Assembly: GCA_965227515.1 (NCBI GenBank)
Contig: CBDDFZ010000001.1
Span: forward strand, 672,001 to 736,000
Reading direction: 5' to 3'
Source of the DNA: Alphaproteobacteria bacterium
Lineage (GTDB): Bacteria > Pseudomonadota > Alphaproteobacteria > CALKHQ01
Length of the DNA: 64,000 nt
Below, piece after piece: positions 10,780 through 19,657 of the stretch (positions are counted from its first letter, which is position 1; each line of letters opens with the position of its first letter). Under the pieces are notes generated by a model. That model saw only the letters and a list, made by a program, of their open reading frames with translations. It did not search any database and was not told the DNA's origin. Made by a program: the position numbers and the translations under genes.

Positions 10780-11034
10780 CTATTCGACCGGCTCGCCGTC
10801 GACCACGGTCTCGTTGTCAACCGCCGCGTCGTCGTCGACGGTCATTTCCTCCGGCAGCGCGTCTTCCTCGGCCGCTGCGTCGTCCTCCGCATCGGCCGCG
10901 TCGATCATCGAGCCGAAGGCGGGGCGCGGCGGCTCGGTGCCGCGCCAGTTCCAGTCGCGGTCGAACATGATCGGCAGGCACCCGGACACGGCGACGCCAA
11001 GCGCGATGGTCGTGGACAAGGTGAGAAGGCGCAT
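10780..11034 (-). CDS. Small acidic lipoprotein, hypothetical
   Basis: MRLLTLSTTIALGVAVSG-C lipobox followed by a D/E-rich tail. Confidence 0.65.
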   Translation of the reverse strand: MRLLTLSTTIALGVAVSGCLPIMFDRDWNWRGTEPPRPAFGSMIDAADAEDDAAAEEDALPEEMTVDDDAAVDNETVVDGEPVE

Positions 11035-11181
11035 CGGGTTACCGTCCTTGATCTTGTACTGAACGCGTTGTCCGGCTGTGGGCGGCGGAGAATCGCACGT
11101 GCCCTGAGATTGAGCACGCCGAACATGGCAGCGGACGCGCGCCAAGGCAAGACCGTCGGTAACGCGCGCGCCAACGGCCAC

Positions 11182-11802
11182 TCACTCCACAATCAGCGCT
11201 TCGACAAAGTACTCGATGTTGTCGGCGTTGCGCATGGCCAGGGCGGGGTCGTCGCGGGCCAGCGCCAGCGCGTCGTTGACGCCATAGACGATGTCGTCGG
11301 ACGCGACGCCGCGCTCCATGTGCGAGACCTCGTGGATAACGGTGCCCATGCGGGTGTCGAACCCGCCCTTCAGGTTGGTCTCGAAGAACGAGTTGCCGAA
11401 GCCGATCCACGCGTTGCCGTCGATCTCGATCATCGTCCAGCCGTAGAGCGGCTCGTTGCGGTCGCACACCATCTCGATCGGATCGGCGTCGTGGCGCAGG
11501 CGCTTGTGCAGGTAGCGATAGATGCGCAGCACCTGGTTGACGTTGGCGCCGGTGCCGAACCAGCGGTCGAGCTCCCAGAGCGTGATCTTGCTGGGATGGG
11601 CGCTGCCCAGGTCCAGGATTACGCTGACCAGCGCCTCCTCCGCCGCGACCATCGCCTCCAGCACCTGCGCGCGCTCCGCCGGGCTGCACTTTTCGTAGGT
11701 CAGCGGGACGCCCTTGCCCTCGGCGTGGGCCGCGGGCGTGCCGGCAGGCAGGGCAAGCGCAATCAGCACGGCGACGGCGACAAGGCGGAGGGTCAAGCGC
11801 AT
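11182..11802 (-). CDS. Secreted M35-family (aspzincin-like) metallopeptidase
   Basis: Signal peptide; HEVSH zinc motif, then SDDIVYG and NADNIEYF. Confidence 0.8.
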   Translation of the reverse strand: MRLTLRLVAVAVLIALALPAGTPAAHAEGKGVPLTYEKCSPAERAQVLEAMVAAEEALVSVILDLGSAHPSKITLWELDRWFGTGANVNQVLRIYRYLHKRLRHDADPIEMVCDRNEPLYGWTMIEIDGNAWIGFGNSFFETNLKGGFDTRMGTVIHEVSHMERGVASDDIVYGVNDALALARDDPALAMRNADNIEYFVEALIVE

Positions 11803-11813
11803 GGCTGGACTTC

Positions 11814-13184
11814 CTATCCCATCTTGCGGCGCAGATGGTTGATCAGGTCGACCTTTGTGATCAGGCCCAGGAACGCGCCCTTGTCCGCGATCACCGCAAC
11901 GCGCCCGGCGCGGAAGATCGGCAGCAGGTCGGCGATGTCGGCATCGGGGGCCAGGGTGTCGACCCGGCGCGACATGGCGCTGACCACCGGGCGCTGGAAG
12001 GCGGACGCCTCGCCGAACGCCATCGCCAGCACGTCGCTCTCGTCGATCAGGCCGATCACCTGGTCGCCCTCCATCACCGGCAATTGCGATACGTCGGCCA
12101 TGCGCATGCGGCCATAGGCCGACAGCAGGCTGTCGTCGCGGTCGGCGGAGACCACGCCCCCCGCACCCACAGGCCGGGCGATCAGGTCGCGCAGGTCGCC
12201 GTGACGGTCGCGCTCCTGGAACCCCTGCTCGGTCATCCAGGCATCGTTGAACATTTTCGACAGGTACTTGTTGCCGCTGTCGCAAATCAGGGTCACCACG
12301 CGCTTCGGCGCGGTCTGTGCCCGGCAGTAGCGCAGCGCCGCCGCCACCAGGGTGCCGGACGACGAGCCGGCCAGAATGCCCTCGCGCAGCAACAGGTCGC
12401 GCCCGGTCGCCAGTGCCTCGGCATCGGAAATGCGGATCGCGCTCGTGGCCAGCGAGATGTCGCAGTTCGGCGGCACGAAGTCCTCGCCGACGCCCTCCAC
12501 CACCCAGCTCCCCACCGGCTGGCGCTGCTCGCCGAACTCGACCATGTCGGCGATGACCGAGCCTTCCGGGTCGGCCACCACCATCTCCACGTCCGGCGCG
12601 GTCTCGCAGAAATAGCGGCCGAGGCCGGTCAGCGTGCCGCCGGAGCCGACGCCGCAAACCATGGCGTCCATGGTCCCGTCCATCTGCCGCCAGATCTCCG
12701 GGCCGGTGGTGGTCTCGTGCGCCTTCGGATTGGCCGGGTTGGCGAACTGGTTGATCCAGAACGCGCCGGGCGTTTCGGCGGCCAGGCGCTCGGCCATGTC
12801 CTGGTAATAGGCGGGGTGGCCGCGCTCGACATCGGAGCGGGTGGTCACCACCTTGGCGCCCAGCGCGCGCAGGTGGTGCATCTTCTCCTGGCTCATCTTG
12901 TCGGGCATGACGATGGTCAGCCGATAGCCCTTTTGCGCCGCCACCAGCGCCAGGCCGAGCCCGGTGTTGCCGGCGGTCGCCTCGACCAGGGTGCCGCCGG
13001 GCGCGATGCTGCCGTCCGCTTCCGCCGCCTCGATCATCGAGAGCGCCACCCGGTCCTTGATCGAGCCGCCGGGATTCTGGCTTTCCAGCTTGACGAACAG
13101 CCGGCACGGGCCGGTATCGAGCTTGGTCAGCTCCAGCATCGGCGTGTTGCCGATCAGGTCCAGGACGGAACGCGGTGGGGTCAT
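11814..13184 (-). CDS. Cystathionine beta-synthase (PLP enzyme with C-terminal CBS pair)
   Basis: IGNTP, NPGGSIKDR, EATAGNTG, GVGSGGT, DSGNKYLSK, then CBS domains. Confidence 0.9.
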   Translation of the reverse strand: MTPPRSVLDLIGNTPMLELTKLDTGPCRLFVKLESQNPGGSIKDRVALSMIEAAEADGSIAPGGTLVEATAGNTGLGLALVAAQKGYRLTIVMPDKMSQEKMHHLRALGAKVVTTRSDVERGHPAYYQDMAERLAAETPGAFWINQFANPANPKAHETTTGPEIWRQMDGTMDAMVCGVGSGGTLTGLGRYFCETAPDVEMVVADPEGSVIADMVEFGEQRQPVGSWVVEGVGEDFVPPNCDISLATSAIRISDAEALATGRDLLLREGILAGSSSGTLVAAALRYCRAQTAPKRVVTLICDSGNKYLSKMFNDAWMTEQGFQERDRHGDLRDLIARPVGAGGVVSADRDDSLLSAYGRMRMADVSQLPVMEGDQVIGLIDESDVLAMAFGEASAFQRPVVSAMSRRVDTLAPDADIADLLPIFRAGRVAVIADKGAFLGLITKVDLINHLRRKMG

Positions 13185-13254
13185 GAGAAGTTCGGGACTC
13201 GCGTCGGGTCGGTCGGCGCAGGCTTGATCTTACATGCACAAGAGCATGATCGCT

Positions 13255-13373
13255 GAAGTCTGCGCCAGCCCGCTCCCCCACCCGGCCGCCCAGCAGCATA
13301 CTCTCGTGGGCGGCCGGGTGGGGGAGCGGGCCGGTGCCGGCTTCGGCGCAAGCTGATCCTGCGCAAGCTGATC
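13255..13373 (+). repeat. Long-hairpin repeat, copy 1
   Basis: ~38-bp imperfect stem around gcagcatactctcg, followed by gcgcaagctgatc x2; second copy at 39055-39158. Confidence 0.85.
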
Positions 13374-13396
13374 TAACTCATACATGGACCGGTGGC

Positions 13397-13425
13397 CTTG
13401 TCAGAGCAAGCCGGCTTGCGCATAT
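13397..13425 (+). promoter_or_regulatory. Possible RpoH promoter of htpG
   Basis: CTTG-N18-CGCATAT, a loose match to the alphaproteobacterial CTTG-N17/18-CYTATNT. Confidence 0.4.
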
Positions 13426-13496
13426 GTTGGGCAAATCCCGCGCGCGGCCCTCCCTCCACCGGCCGCGCTACCTAACGCAGATTCAAGGGACCTGTC

Positions 13497-15431
13497 ATGG
13501 CAGAAACCCATACCTTCCAGGCGGAGGTCAGCCGCCTGTTGGATATCGTCGCCCACTCGCTCTATTCCGATAAGCAGATCTTCCTGCGCGAACTGATCGC
13601 CAATGCCGCCGACGCTTGCGACAAGCTGCGCTATGCGGCGCTGACCGACCCGGACCTGGCGGGCGACGGCAACTACGCGATCACGCTGACCGCGGACAAG
13701 GACAGCCGCACCGTCAAGGTCGCCGACAACGGCATCGGCATGAGCCACGACGACATGGTCGGCAATCTCGGCACCATCGCCAAGTCCGGCACCTCCGACT
13801 TCCTGGCCCAGATCAGCGGCGATGCGAAAAAGGATACCAACCTGATCGGCCAGTTCGGCGTCGGCTTCTATTCTGCGTTCATGGTCGCCGAGAAGGTGGA
13901 GGTGGTCAGCCGCAAGGCCGGCGAGGACGAGGCCTGGCGCTGGACGTCCGACGGCAAGGGCAGCTTCGAGATCGAGCCGGCGATCGCCTCGCCGCTGCTG
14001 GAGGTGCCGGAGCGCGGCACGGTGGTGATCGTTCACCTGACCGAGGACCACGCCGAGTTCGCCGATGCCGCGCGCCTGCGCGAGGTGGTGCGCGCCTATG
14101 CCGACCACATCGCGGTGCCGGTGTCGCTGGCCGCCACGGACGAAGCGGGCGAGGACGGCGCGCCGGAGGTGCTGAACAAGGCCTCGGCGCTGTGGACCCG
14201 GCCGAAGTCGGAGATCGACGACGACCAGTACAAGGAGTTCTACCAGTATGTCGGCCAGGCGTTCGACGACCCGTGGCTGACCATCCATTTCCGCGCCGAG
14301 GGCGTGATCGAATACACAGCCCTGATGTTCGTGCCGACCTCGCGGCCGTTCGACCTGTTCCGGCCCGAGCGCAAGCACGGCCTGAAGCTCTACGTGAAGC
14401 GGGTGTTCATCACTGACGATTGCGAGGGGCTGGTGCCGGGCTGGATGCGCTTCGTGCGCGGCGTGGTCGACAGCCCCGACGTGCCGCTGAATGTCAGCCG
14501 CGAGATGCTGCAGCACAACCCGGTGCTGGGCAAAATCCGCTCCGGCCTGGTCAAGCGCGTGCTCTCCGAGCTCGACAAGAAGGCGGAAAAGGCGCCGGAC
14601 GACTACGCCACCTTCTGGGAGGCGTTCGGCCCGGTGATGAAGGAGGGCATCTATGAGGACGATGCCAACCGCGACGCGCTGTTGAAGCTCGCCCGCTTCA
14701 CCACCACCCGCACGGTGAAGGAGGGCGGCAAGCCGATCTCGCTGGCCGACTACATCGGGCGGATGGCCGAGGGCCAGGAGGCGATCTTCTACGCCACCGG
14801 CGACAATCTGGAGGCGTTGAAGCGCAGCCCGCAGCTCGAGGGCTTCGCCGCCCGCGATGTCGAGGTGCTGCTGCTGACCGACCCGGTGGACGAGTTCTGG
14901 GTGCCGGCGGTGCACGAGTTCGAGGGCAAGGCGCTGACCAGCGTGGCGCGCGGCGGCGCCGACCTGGACAAGATCGCCAGGAAGGACGCGGCGGCCGAGG
15001 AAAGCGACGGCAAGGACAAGAAAGAGCAGAAAAAGGACGACGCGGCGCCGGCCGCCATCGATGCCGTTATCGCCGCCTTCAAGGTGGCGCTGGGCGACGC
15101 GGTGGAGGACGTGAAATCGTCGAACAGGTTGACCGACAGCCCGGTCTGTCTCGTCGCCGGTGAGAACGCGATGTCGATGCACCTGGAGCGGCTGCTGAAA
15201 TCCCACGGCCAGCTCGAAAACCTGAGCCAGCGGGTGCTGGAGCTGAACCCCGGCCATCCGCTGGTCAAGCGGTTGAACGACATGGCGGCGAAGGACGCCA
15301 AGGACCCGGTGCTGGACGAGGCGGCGCACCTGCTGCTGGACCAGGCCCGCATCCTGGAGGGCGAGCCGGTGCCCGACCCGGCCGCCTTCGCCCGCCGCAT
15401 GAGCCAGGTGATGGTCGCGGGATTGGCGTAG
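13497..15431 (+). CDS. htpG: Chaperone HtpG (Hsp90)
   Basis: FQAEV..LYSDKQIFLRELIANAADA, DNGIGM, IGQFGVGFYSAF, LNVSREMLQ. Confidence 0.97.
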   Translation: MAETHTFQAEVSRLLDIVAHSLYSDKQIFLRELIANAADACDKLRYAALTDPDLAGDGNYAITLTADKDSRTVKVADNGIGMSHDDMVGNLGTIAKSGTSDFLAQISGDAKKDTNLIGQFGVGFYSAFMVAEKVEVVSRKAGEDEAWRWTSDGKGSFEIEPAIASPLLEVPERGTVVIVHLTEDHAEFADAARLREVVRAYADHIAVPVSLAATDEAGEDGAPEVLNKASALWTRPKSEIDDDQYKEFYQYVGQAFDDPWLTIHFRAEGVIEYTALMFVPTSRPFDLFRPERKHGLKLYVKRVFITDDCEGLVPGWMRFVRGVVDSPDVPLNVSREMLQHNPVLGKIRSGLVKRVLSELDKKAEKAPDDYATFWEAFGPVMKEGIYEDDANRDALLKLARFTTTRTVKEGGKPISLADYIGRMAEGQEAIFYATGDNLEALKRSPQLEGFAARDVEVLLLTDPVDEFWVPAVHEFEGKALTSVARGGADLDKIARKDAAAEESDGKDKKEQKKDDAAPAAIDAVIAAFKVALGDAVEDVKSSNRLTDSPVCLVAGENAMSMHLERLLKSHGQLENLSQRVLELNPGHPLVKRLNDMAAKDAKDPVLDEAAHLLLDQARILEGEPVPDPAAFARRMSQVMVAGLA

Positions 15432-15496
15432 GGGCTGCGGTTCGACCGATACGCCCCTGTTATCGTTGGGTTCGACCGCCACTATCCATAATCATT

Positions 15497-15670
15497 GTCG
15501 TCCTCGCCCTTGTGGCGAGGACCCATTTATGTCATATATATCAATAGGTTGAAGTATCTCGTCACCCTAAGTGGCACTTGCGAGCCTGCGACGGGCCTTT
15601 CTGCCGGATTCTGTCGGCACCAGCCCGGATCGCCCCGCAAATGGGCCCTTGCGACAAGCGCAAGGGCGAC
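15497..15670. repeat. Inverted REP-like hairpin dimer, copy B (174 bp)
   Basis: gtcgtcctcgcccttgtggcgaggacccattt ... aaatgggcccttgcgacaagcgcaagggcgac. Confidence 0.9.
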
Positions 15671-15715
15671 GGCGGACGAAAGCAAGAGTGGGGCCCAAAT
15701 GAAATGCCGCTGCCC

Positions 15716-15745
15716 TTGACATTTGGGCCCCGGACCCACTAATAC
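15716..15745 (+). promoter_or_regulatory. Likely sigma70 promoter of rpmJ
   Basis: TTGACA-N17-CTAATAC. Confidence 0.5.
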
Positions 15746-15812
15746 CCACCGCTCGGCATCAGCCTGCAGCCGGAAGAGCGGGCCGTTGATCTATTGACCG
15801 AAGGCGGATCCG

Positions 15813-15938
15813 ATGAAAGTCGTGAGCTCCTTGAAGACGATTAAGAAGCGCCACAAGAACTGCCGTGTCGTGCGGCGGCGTGGGCGCGTCTACGTCATCA
15901 ACAAGACCAACCCGCGGTTCAAGGCCCGCCAGGGCTGA
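15813..15938 (+). CDS. rpmJ: 50S ribosomal protein L36 (Zn-independent type); absent from the ORF track
   Basis: Hand translation [41 protein letters not shown]. Confidence 0.96.
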   Translation: MKVVSSLKTIKKRHKNCRVVRRRGRVYVINKTNPRFKARQG

Positions 15939-15966
15939 CCGCGCGGTCGCAAGTTTCCCCATCGTT

Positions 15967-16000
15967 GTCATGCGCGGACTTGATCCGCGCATCCACGTCT
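15967..16000 (+). repeat. Solo CGTC-type REP hairpin
   Basis: gtcatgcgcggacttgatccgcgcatccacgtct; homologous to the arms at 50701-50790. Confidence 0.8.
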
Positions 16001-16080
16001 TGGTGCGTCTGCGCCATTTGACACCCGTGCGCCGTGCGCCCCATTCTCCGGCCATGCCTTCGTAACACCGGAGCGGCCCC

Positions 16081-17568
16081 ATGCGCATGCCCACGCCCGA
16101 TGCCGGCACCATCGCCCGGCGCCACCAGATCGCCGCCGACCTGCGCGCCATCGTGCCCGGCGAGGGCGTGATTGATGCCGCCGAGGAACTCGCGGTCTAT
16201 GAGAGCGACGGGCTGACCGCCTACAAGCAGCCGCCGCTGCTCACCGTGCTGCCGGAAACGGTCGACCAGGTCAGCCGCGTCCTCGCCTACTGCCACAAGC
16301 ACAAGATCAAGGTGGTGCCGCGCGGCGCCGGCACCTCGCTGTCGGGCGGCGCGCTGCCGCTGGCCGACGGCATTCTGCTCGGCATGGCCAAGTTCAACCG
16401 GGTGCTGGAGATCGACTACCCCAACCGCTGCGCCGTGGTGCAGCCGGGCGTCACCAACCTCGGCGTTACCCAGGCGGTGGCGGCCGACGGCTTCTATTAC
16501 GCGCCCGACCCCTCCAGCCAGATCGCCTGCACCATCGGCGGCAACGTTGCGGAGAACTCCGGCGGCGTGCACTGCCTGAAATACGGGCTCACTACCAACA
16601 ACGTGCTCGGCCTGCAAGTGGTGCTGATGGACGGCGAGGTGGTGCGCATCGGCGGCAAGCACCTGGATGCGGAGGGCTATGACCTGCTCGGCCTGATGAT
16701 CGGGTCCGAGGGGCTGCTGGGCGTGGTGACCGAGGTGACGGTGCGCCTGTTGAAGGCGCCGACCACCGCCCAGGCGCTGCTGATCGGCTTCCCGTCCAGC
16801 GAGGACGCCGGCGAGGCGGTGGCCCAGATCATCGGCGCCGGCATCGTGCCCGGCGGCATGGAGATGATGGACAAGCCCGCCATACACGCCGCCGAGGCGT
16901 TCGTCCATGCCGGCTACCCGATGGACTGCGAGGCGCTGCTGATCGTGGAGTTGGACGGCCCGCCGGCCGAAGTCGCGCACCTGATCGGCGCGGTCGGCGA
17001 CATCGCGAACGGCTGTAAGGCGACCTCGGTCCGGGTCAGCAACGACGAGGCCGAGCGGCTGCAGTTCTGGGCCGGGCGCAAGGCGGCGTTCCCGGCGGTC
17101 GGCCGCATCTCGCCCGACTACTACTGCATGGACGGCACCATTCCGCGCAAGCAGCTCCCCTTCGTGCTGAAGCGGATGACAGAGCTGTCGGAGAAGCACG
17201 GGCTCAGGGTCGCCAACGTGTTCCACGCCGGCGACGGCAACCTCCACCCGCTGATCCTCTATGACGCCAACAAGCCCGGCGAGCTGGAACGGGCCGAGGC
17301 GTTCGGGTCCGACATCCTGACCCTGTGCGTGGAGGTCGGCGGCGTGCTGACCGGCGAGCACGGCGTCGGCGTGGAGAAGCGCGACCTGATGCCGGTGCAG
17401 TTCGGCGAGGACGACCTGAAGCAGCAGCAGCGGGTGAAGTGCGCCTTCGACCCCGACGCGCTGCTCAACCCCGGCAAGGTGTTCCCGCAACTCCACCGCT
17501 GCGCCGAACTCGGCCGCATGCACATCCACCGGGGCCAGCTGCCGTTCCCCGAGCTGGAGAGATTTTGA
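16081..17568 (+). CDS. glcD: Glycolate oxidase FAD subunit
   Basis: PRGAGTSLSGG, YAPDPSSQIACTIGGNVAENSGGVHCLKYG, FHAGDGNLHP, TGEHGVG. Confidence 0.93.
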   Translation: MRMPTPDAGTIARRHQIAADLRAIVPGEGVIDAAEELAVYESDGLTAYKQPPLLTVLPETVDQVSRVLAYCHKHKIKVVPRGAGTSLSGGALPLADGILLGMAKFNRVLEIDYPNRCAVVQPGVTNLGVTQAVAADGFYYAPDPSSQIACTIGGNVAENSGGVHCLKYGLTTNNVLGLQVVLMDGEVVRIGGKHLDAEGYDLLGLMIGSEGLLGVVTEVTVRLLKAPTTAQALLIGFPSSEDAGEAVAQIIGAGIVPGGMEMMDKPAIHAAEAFVHAGYPMDCEALLIVELDGPPAEVAHLIGAVGDIANGCKATSVRVSNDEAERLQFWAGRKAAFPAVGRISPDYYCMDGTIPRKQLPFVLKRMTELSEKHGLRVANVFHAGDGNLHPLILYDANKPGELERAEAFGSDILTLCVEVGGVLTGEHGVGVEKRDLMPVQFGEDDLKQQQRVKCAFDPDALLNPGKVFPQLHRCAELGRMHIHRGQLPFPELERF

Positions 17569-17618
17569 TAGGTCCCATCTCTGACTACACCTGCGATTAC
17601 TTGAACAACCAATAGTGC

Positions 17619-18371
17619 CTATCCAAATGGCTCCGTGGAATCATCCGAGTCCTGCTCATCTGGCTTTGGCATTGGTCGCGTAATTTCTGCTTCTCTTATG
17701 AGCTCTGACCGAAGATCTCTTCTTGAGATAACCCAATTGATATGAGACGAGAGACCATCAAGATCAGGAAATATCGACGCAACATTAATCCCAAAATGAT
17801 CCAGGTCGAGCAAGAGGTCAGATTTTATACATGCAGGCACCTCAAATTTTTTGATTTTTCCGTATGAGCCGCCTAGTACCATTTTTTTGTCGGGTGGGCC
17901 ATGAATTGTGAAAACTCCCGATTGTCTTGATATTCGAGAAGCGTATGCGGTCGGACGGAATAGGCTGAGACCTTCGTATTCGAGCGGGTGGATATTTTCG
18001 CGCTTCACATAGCTGTTGGGCTGAAATGCATAGATTGCACCATCCAAGTCGTTGTGAGCATTTGCAGCAAAGTACGCTGCTATCAACGGGTTGGTTGACC
18101 AATCAAGCAAGCGGGTCGGAAAGCCATGGTGTTGCGCAACTGAAAGCCAATCCCAGCCATCATTCGGGCTGAACCGAATGTATTCAACTGCCCTACGTTT
18201 CCATGACTCAAAATGCAGCTTTTCATTTTTTGACATAACTTTCGATCTACCGGCTTTGGGAAGCAAGGACCAACTAGAGTTTGAATGACCTCGATAGAAC
18301 CAATCATAACCGCCCCGCATGTCTTTAGTATTAGCATAGAGGTCAGCTAAGTTTTTGATCTTTTCTGGCAT
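17619..18371 (-). CDS. FRG domain-containing protein (AT-rich, probably foreign)
   Basis: FYRGH, AQHHGFPTRLLDWSTNPLIAAYFA, RISRQSGVFT, SIFPDLDG. Confidence 0.88.
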   Translation of the reverse strand: MPEKIKNLADLYANTKDMRGGYDWFYRGHSNSSWSLLPKAGRSKVMSKNEKLHFESWKRRAVEYIRFSPNDGWDWLSVAQHHGFPTRLLDWSTNPLIAAYFAANAHNDLDGAIYAFQPNSYVKRENIHPLEYEGLSLFRPTAYASRISRQSGVFTIHGPPDKKMVLGGSYGKIKKFEVPACIKSDLLLDLDHFGINVASIFPDLDGLSSHINWVISRRDLRSELIREAEITRPMPKPDEQDSDDSTEPFG

Positions 18372-18472
18372 GGCACGCACAATGCCTCTTATTCTCGTTA
18401 GCAAGCATAAGCTGGGAGATGCACAGTGGAAAACCGGATACCGCTCCATTCGACGCAAGTTGCCGACTCTGT

Positions 18473-19522
18473 CTAAGCCGCACCATACCACGCCCCTCGG
18501 CCGCGGCCGTGGAGTTGCAGATGGCCGCGTTCCACGAGCTGGCGGAAGTGGCCTTTCAGGGTGTTACGGCTGGCGCCGGTCAGGGTTGCGGCCTCGCCGA
18601 TGGTGATGCGGCCGTGGTCGCGGACGTGGTCGAGCAGGCGCAGCGACAAAGGCGGCAGTTGGTCCGCCAGCAGCTTCTCGTTCTCGACCTTGGTGCGCAG
18701 GCGCCGCATCTGGGTGTGCAGGGCCCGCATGAAATAGGTCAGCCACGGCTGCCAGTCCGGGGCATCGGACTTGAGCGTCGCTTGGGTGCGCCGCAATGCT
18801 AGGTAATAGCCCTCCTTGGTGCGTTCCACGACGCTTTCGAGCGAGCTGTACGGCGCGTACGCGTACCCTGCCCGCAGCAACAGCAGCGTGGTCAGGATAC
18901 GGCTGAGGCGCCCGTTGCCGTCCTGGAATGGGTGGATGGCGAGGAAATCGACCACGAACGCGCCGATGACGATCAGGGGATGCAGTTTGCCTTCGCTCAG
19001 TGCGGCGCGCGTCCAGTCCACGAGCGCGGTCATGCGCCGTGGGGTTTCGAATGGCGTAGCCGTCTCAAACACCACCGCAATCTGCCTGCCTTCCTCGTCG
19101 AAGGCGGCGACGTTATTCGGCGTGGTCTTGTAGCTGCCGCGATGCCAGTCGTCCTTCTCGCTGTGGCGCAGCAGATCGCGATGAAGCTGTCGGATGTGGT
19201 TCTCGGTCAGGTCGATCTCTGACCAGGAGGCAAATATCGTCTCCATCGCCTCGGCGTAGCCGGCCACTTCCTGTTCGTCGCGGGTGGCGAAGGCCCGGAT
19301 GTCGAGGTTGGCCAACAGGCGCTCAACCTCGCGGTCGGACAGCTGAGCGCCCTCGATGCGGGTGGACGAGCCAACGCTCTCGATGGTCGCGATCCTGCGC
19401 AGCGCCGACAACCGCTCCGGCGCCAATCGGCCCAGCGCCTGCCAGGCGCCCTTGAACTCGTCGATCTCGGCGATCAACGACAACAGTTCGGGCGTGATGT
19501 GCAATGAGCCAATGGCGACCAT
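18473..19522 (-). CDS. Fic family protein with C-terminal HTH
   Basis: HPFQDGNGRLSR Fic motif, N-terminal SSTRIEG inhibitory motif, C-terminal wHTH (ITIGEAA..SRNTLK..GRGRGAWY). Confidence 0.92.
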   Translation of the reverse strand: MVAIGSLHITPELLSLIAEIDEFKGAWQALGRLAPERLSALRRIATIESVGSSTRIEGAQLSDREVERLLANLDIRAFATRDEQEVAGYAEAMETIFASWSEIDLTENHIRQLHRDLLRHSEKDDWHRGSYKTTPNNVAAFDEEGRQIAVVFETATPFETPRRMTALVDWTRAALSEGKLHPLIVIGAFVVDFLAIHPFQDGNGRLSRILTTLLLLRAGYAYAPYSSLESVVERTKEGYYLALRRTQATLKSDAPDWQPWLTYFMRALHTQMRRLRTKVENEKLLADQLPPLSLRLLDHVRDHGRITIGEAATLTGASRNTLKGHFRQLVERGHLQLHGRGRGAWYGAA

Positions 19523-19532
19523 GCGCCATTTA

Positions 19533-19549
19533 TACACCCATTTACACCC
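19533..19549. promoter_or_regulatory. TACACCC direct repeat just upstream of fic, possible autoregulatory operator
   Basis: Two copies 10 bp apart (one helical turn). Confidence 0.35.
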
Positions 19550-19657
19550 GATTAGGAGCGGCAGTTGACCAAGGGGTGACAGTGACGCGCGGTTGCGCCG
19601 ACGCCTGCTTCCGGGCCACCATCGATTGGACGAATTGACATGGCATGGGGGCCTGAC

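Noticed and set aside
13401-15482. 693-aa ORF antisense to htpG, and similar long shadow ORFs (2955-4991, 15919-17529, 29049-30716, 41872-43335, 45761-47035)
   Set aside because: They mirror well-identified genes on the opposite strand; expected from high-GC codon bias and carry no motifs
15495-15739. Short ORFs running through the 174-179 bp repeats (WRGP / MGPRHKGED peptides)
   Set aside because: The three equivalent frames I translated in copy E hit stops; the recurring peptides are just translations of the palindromes
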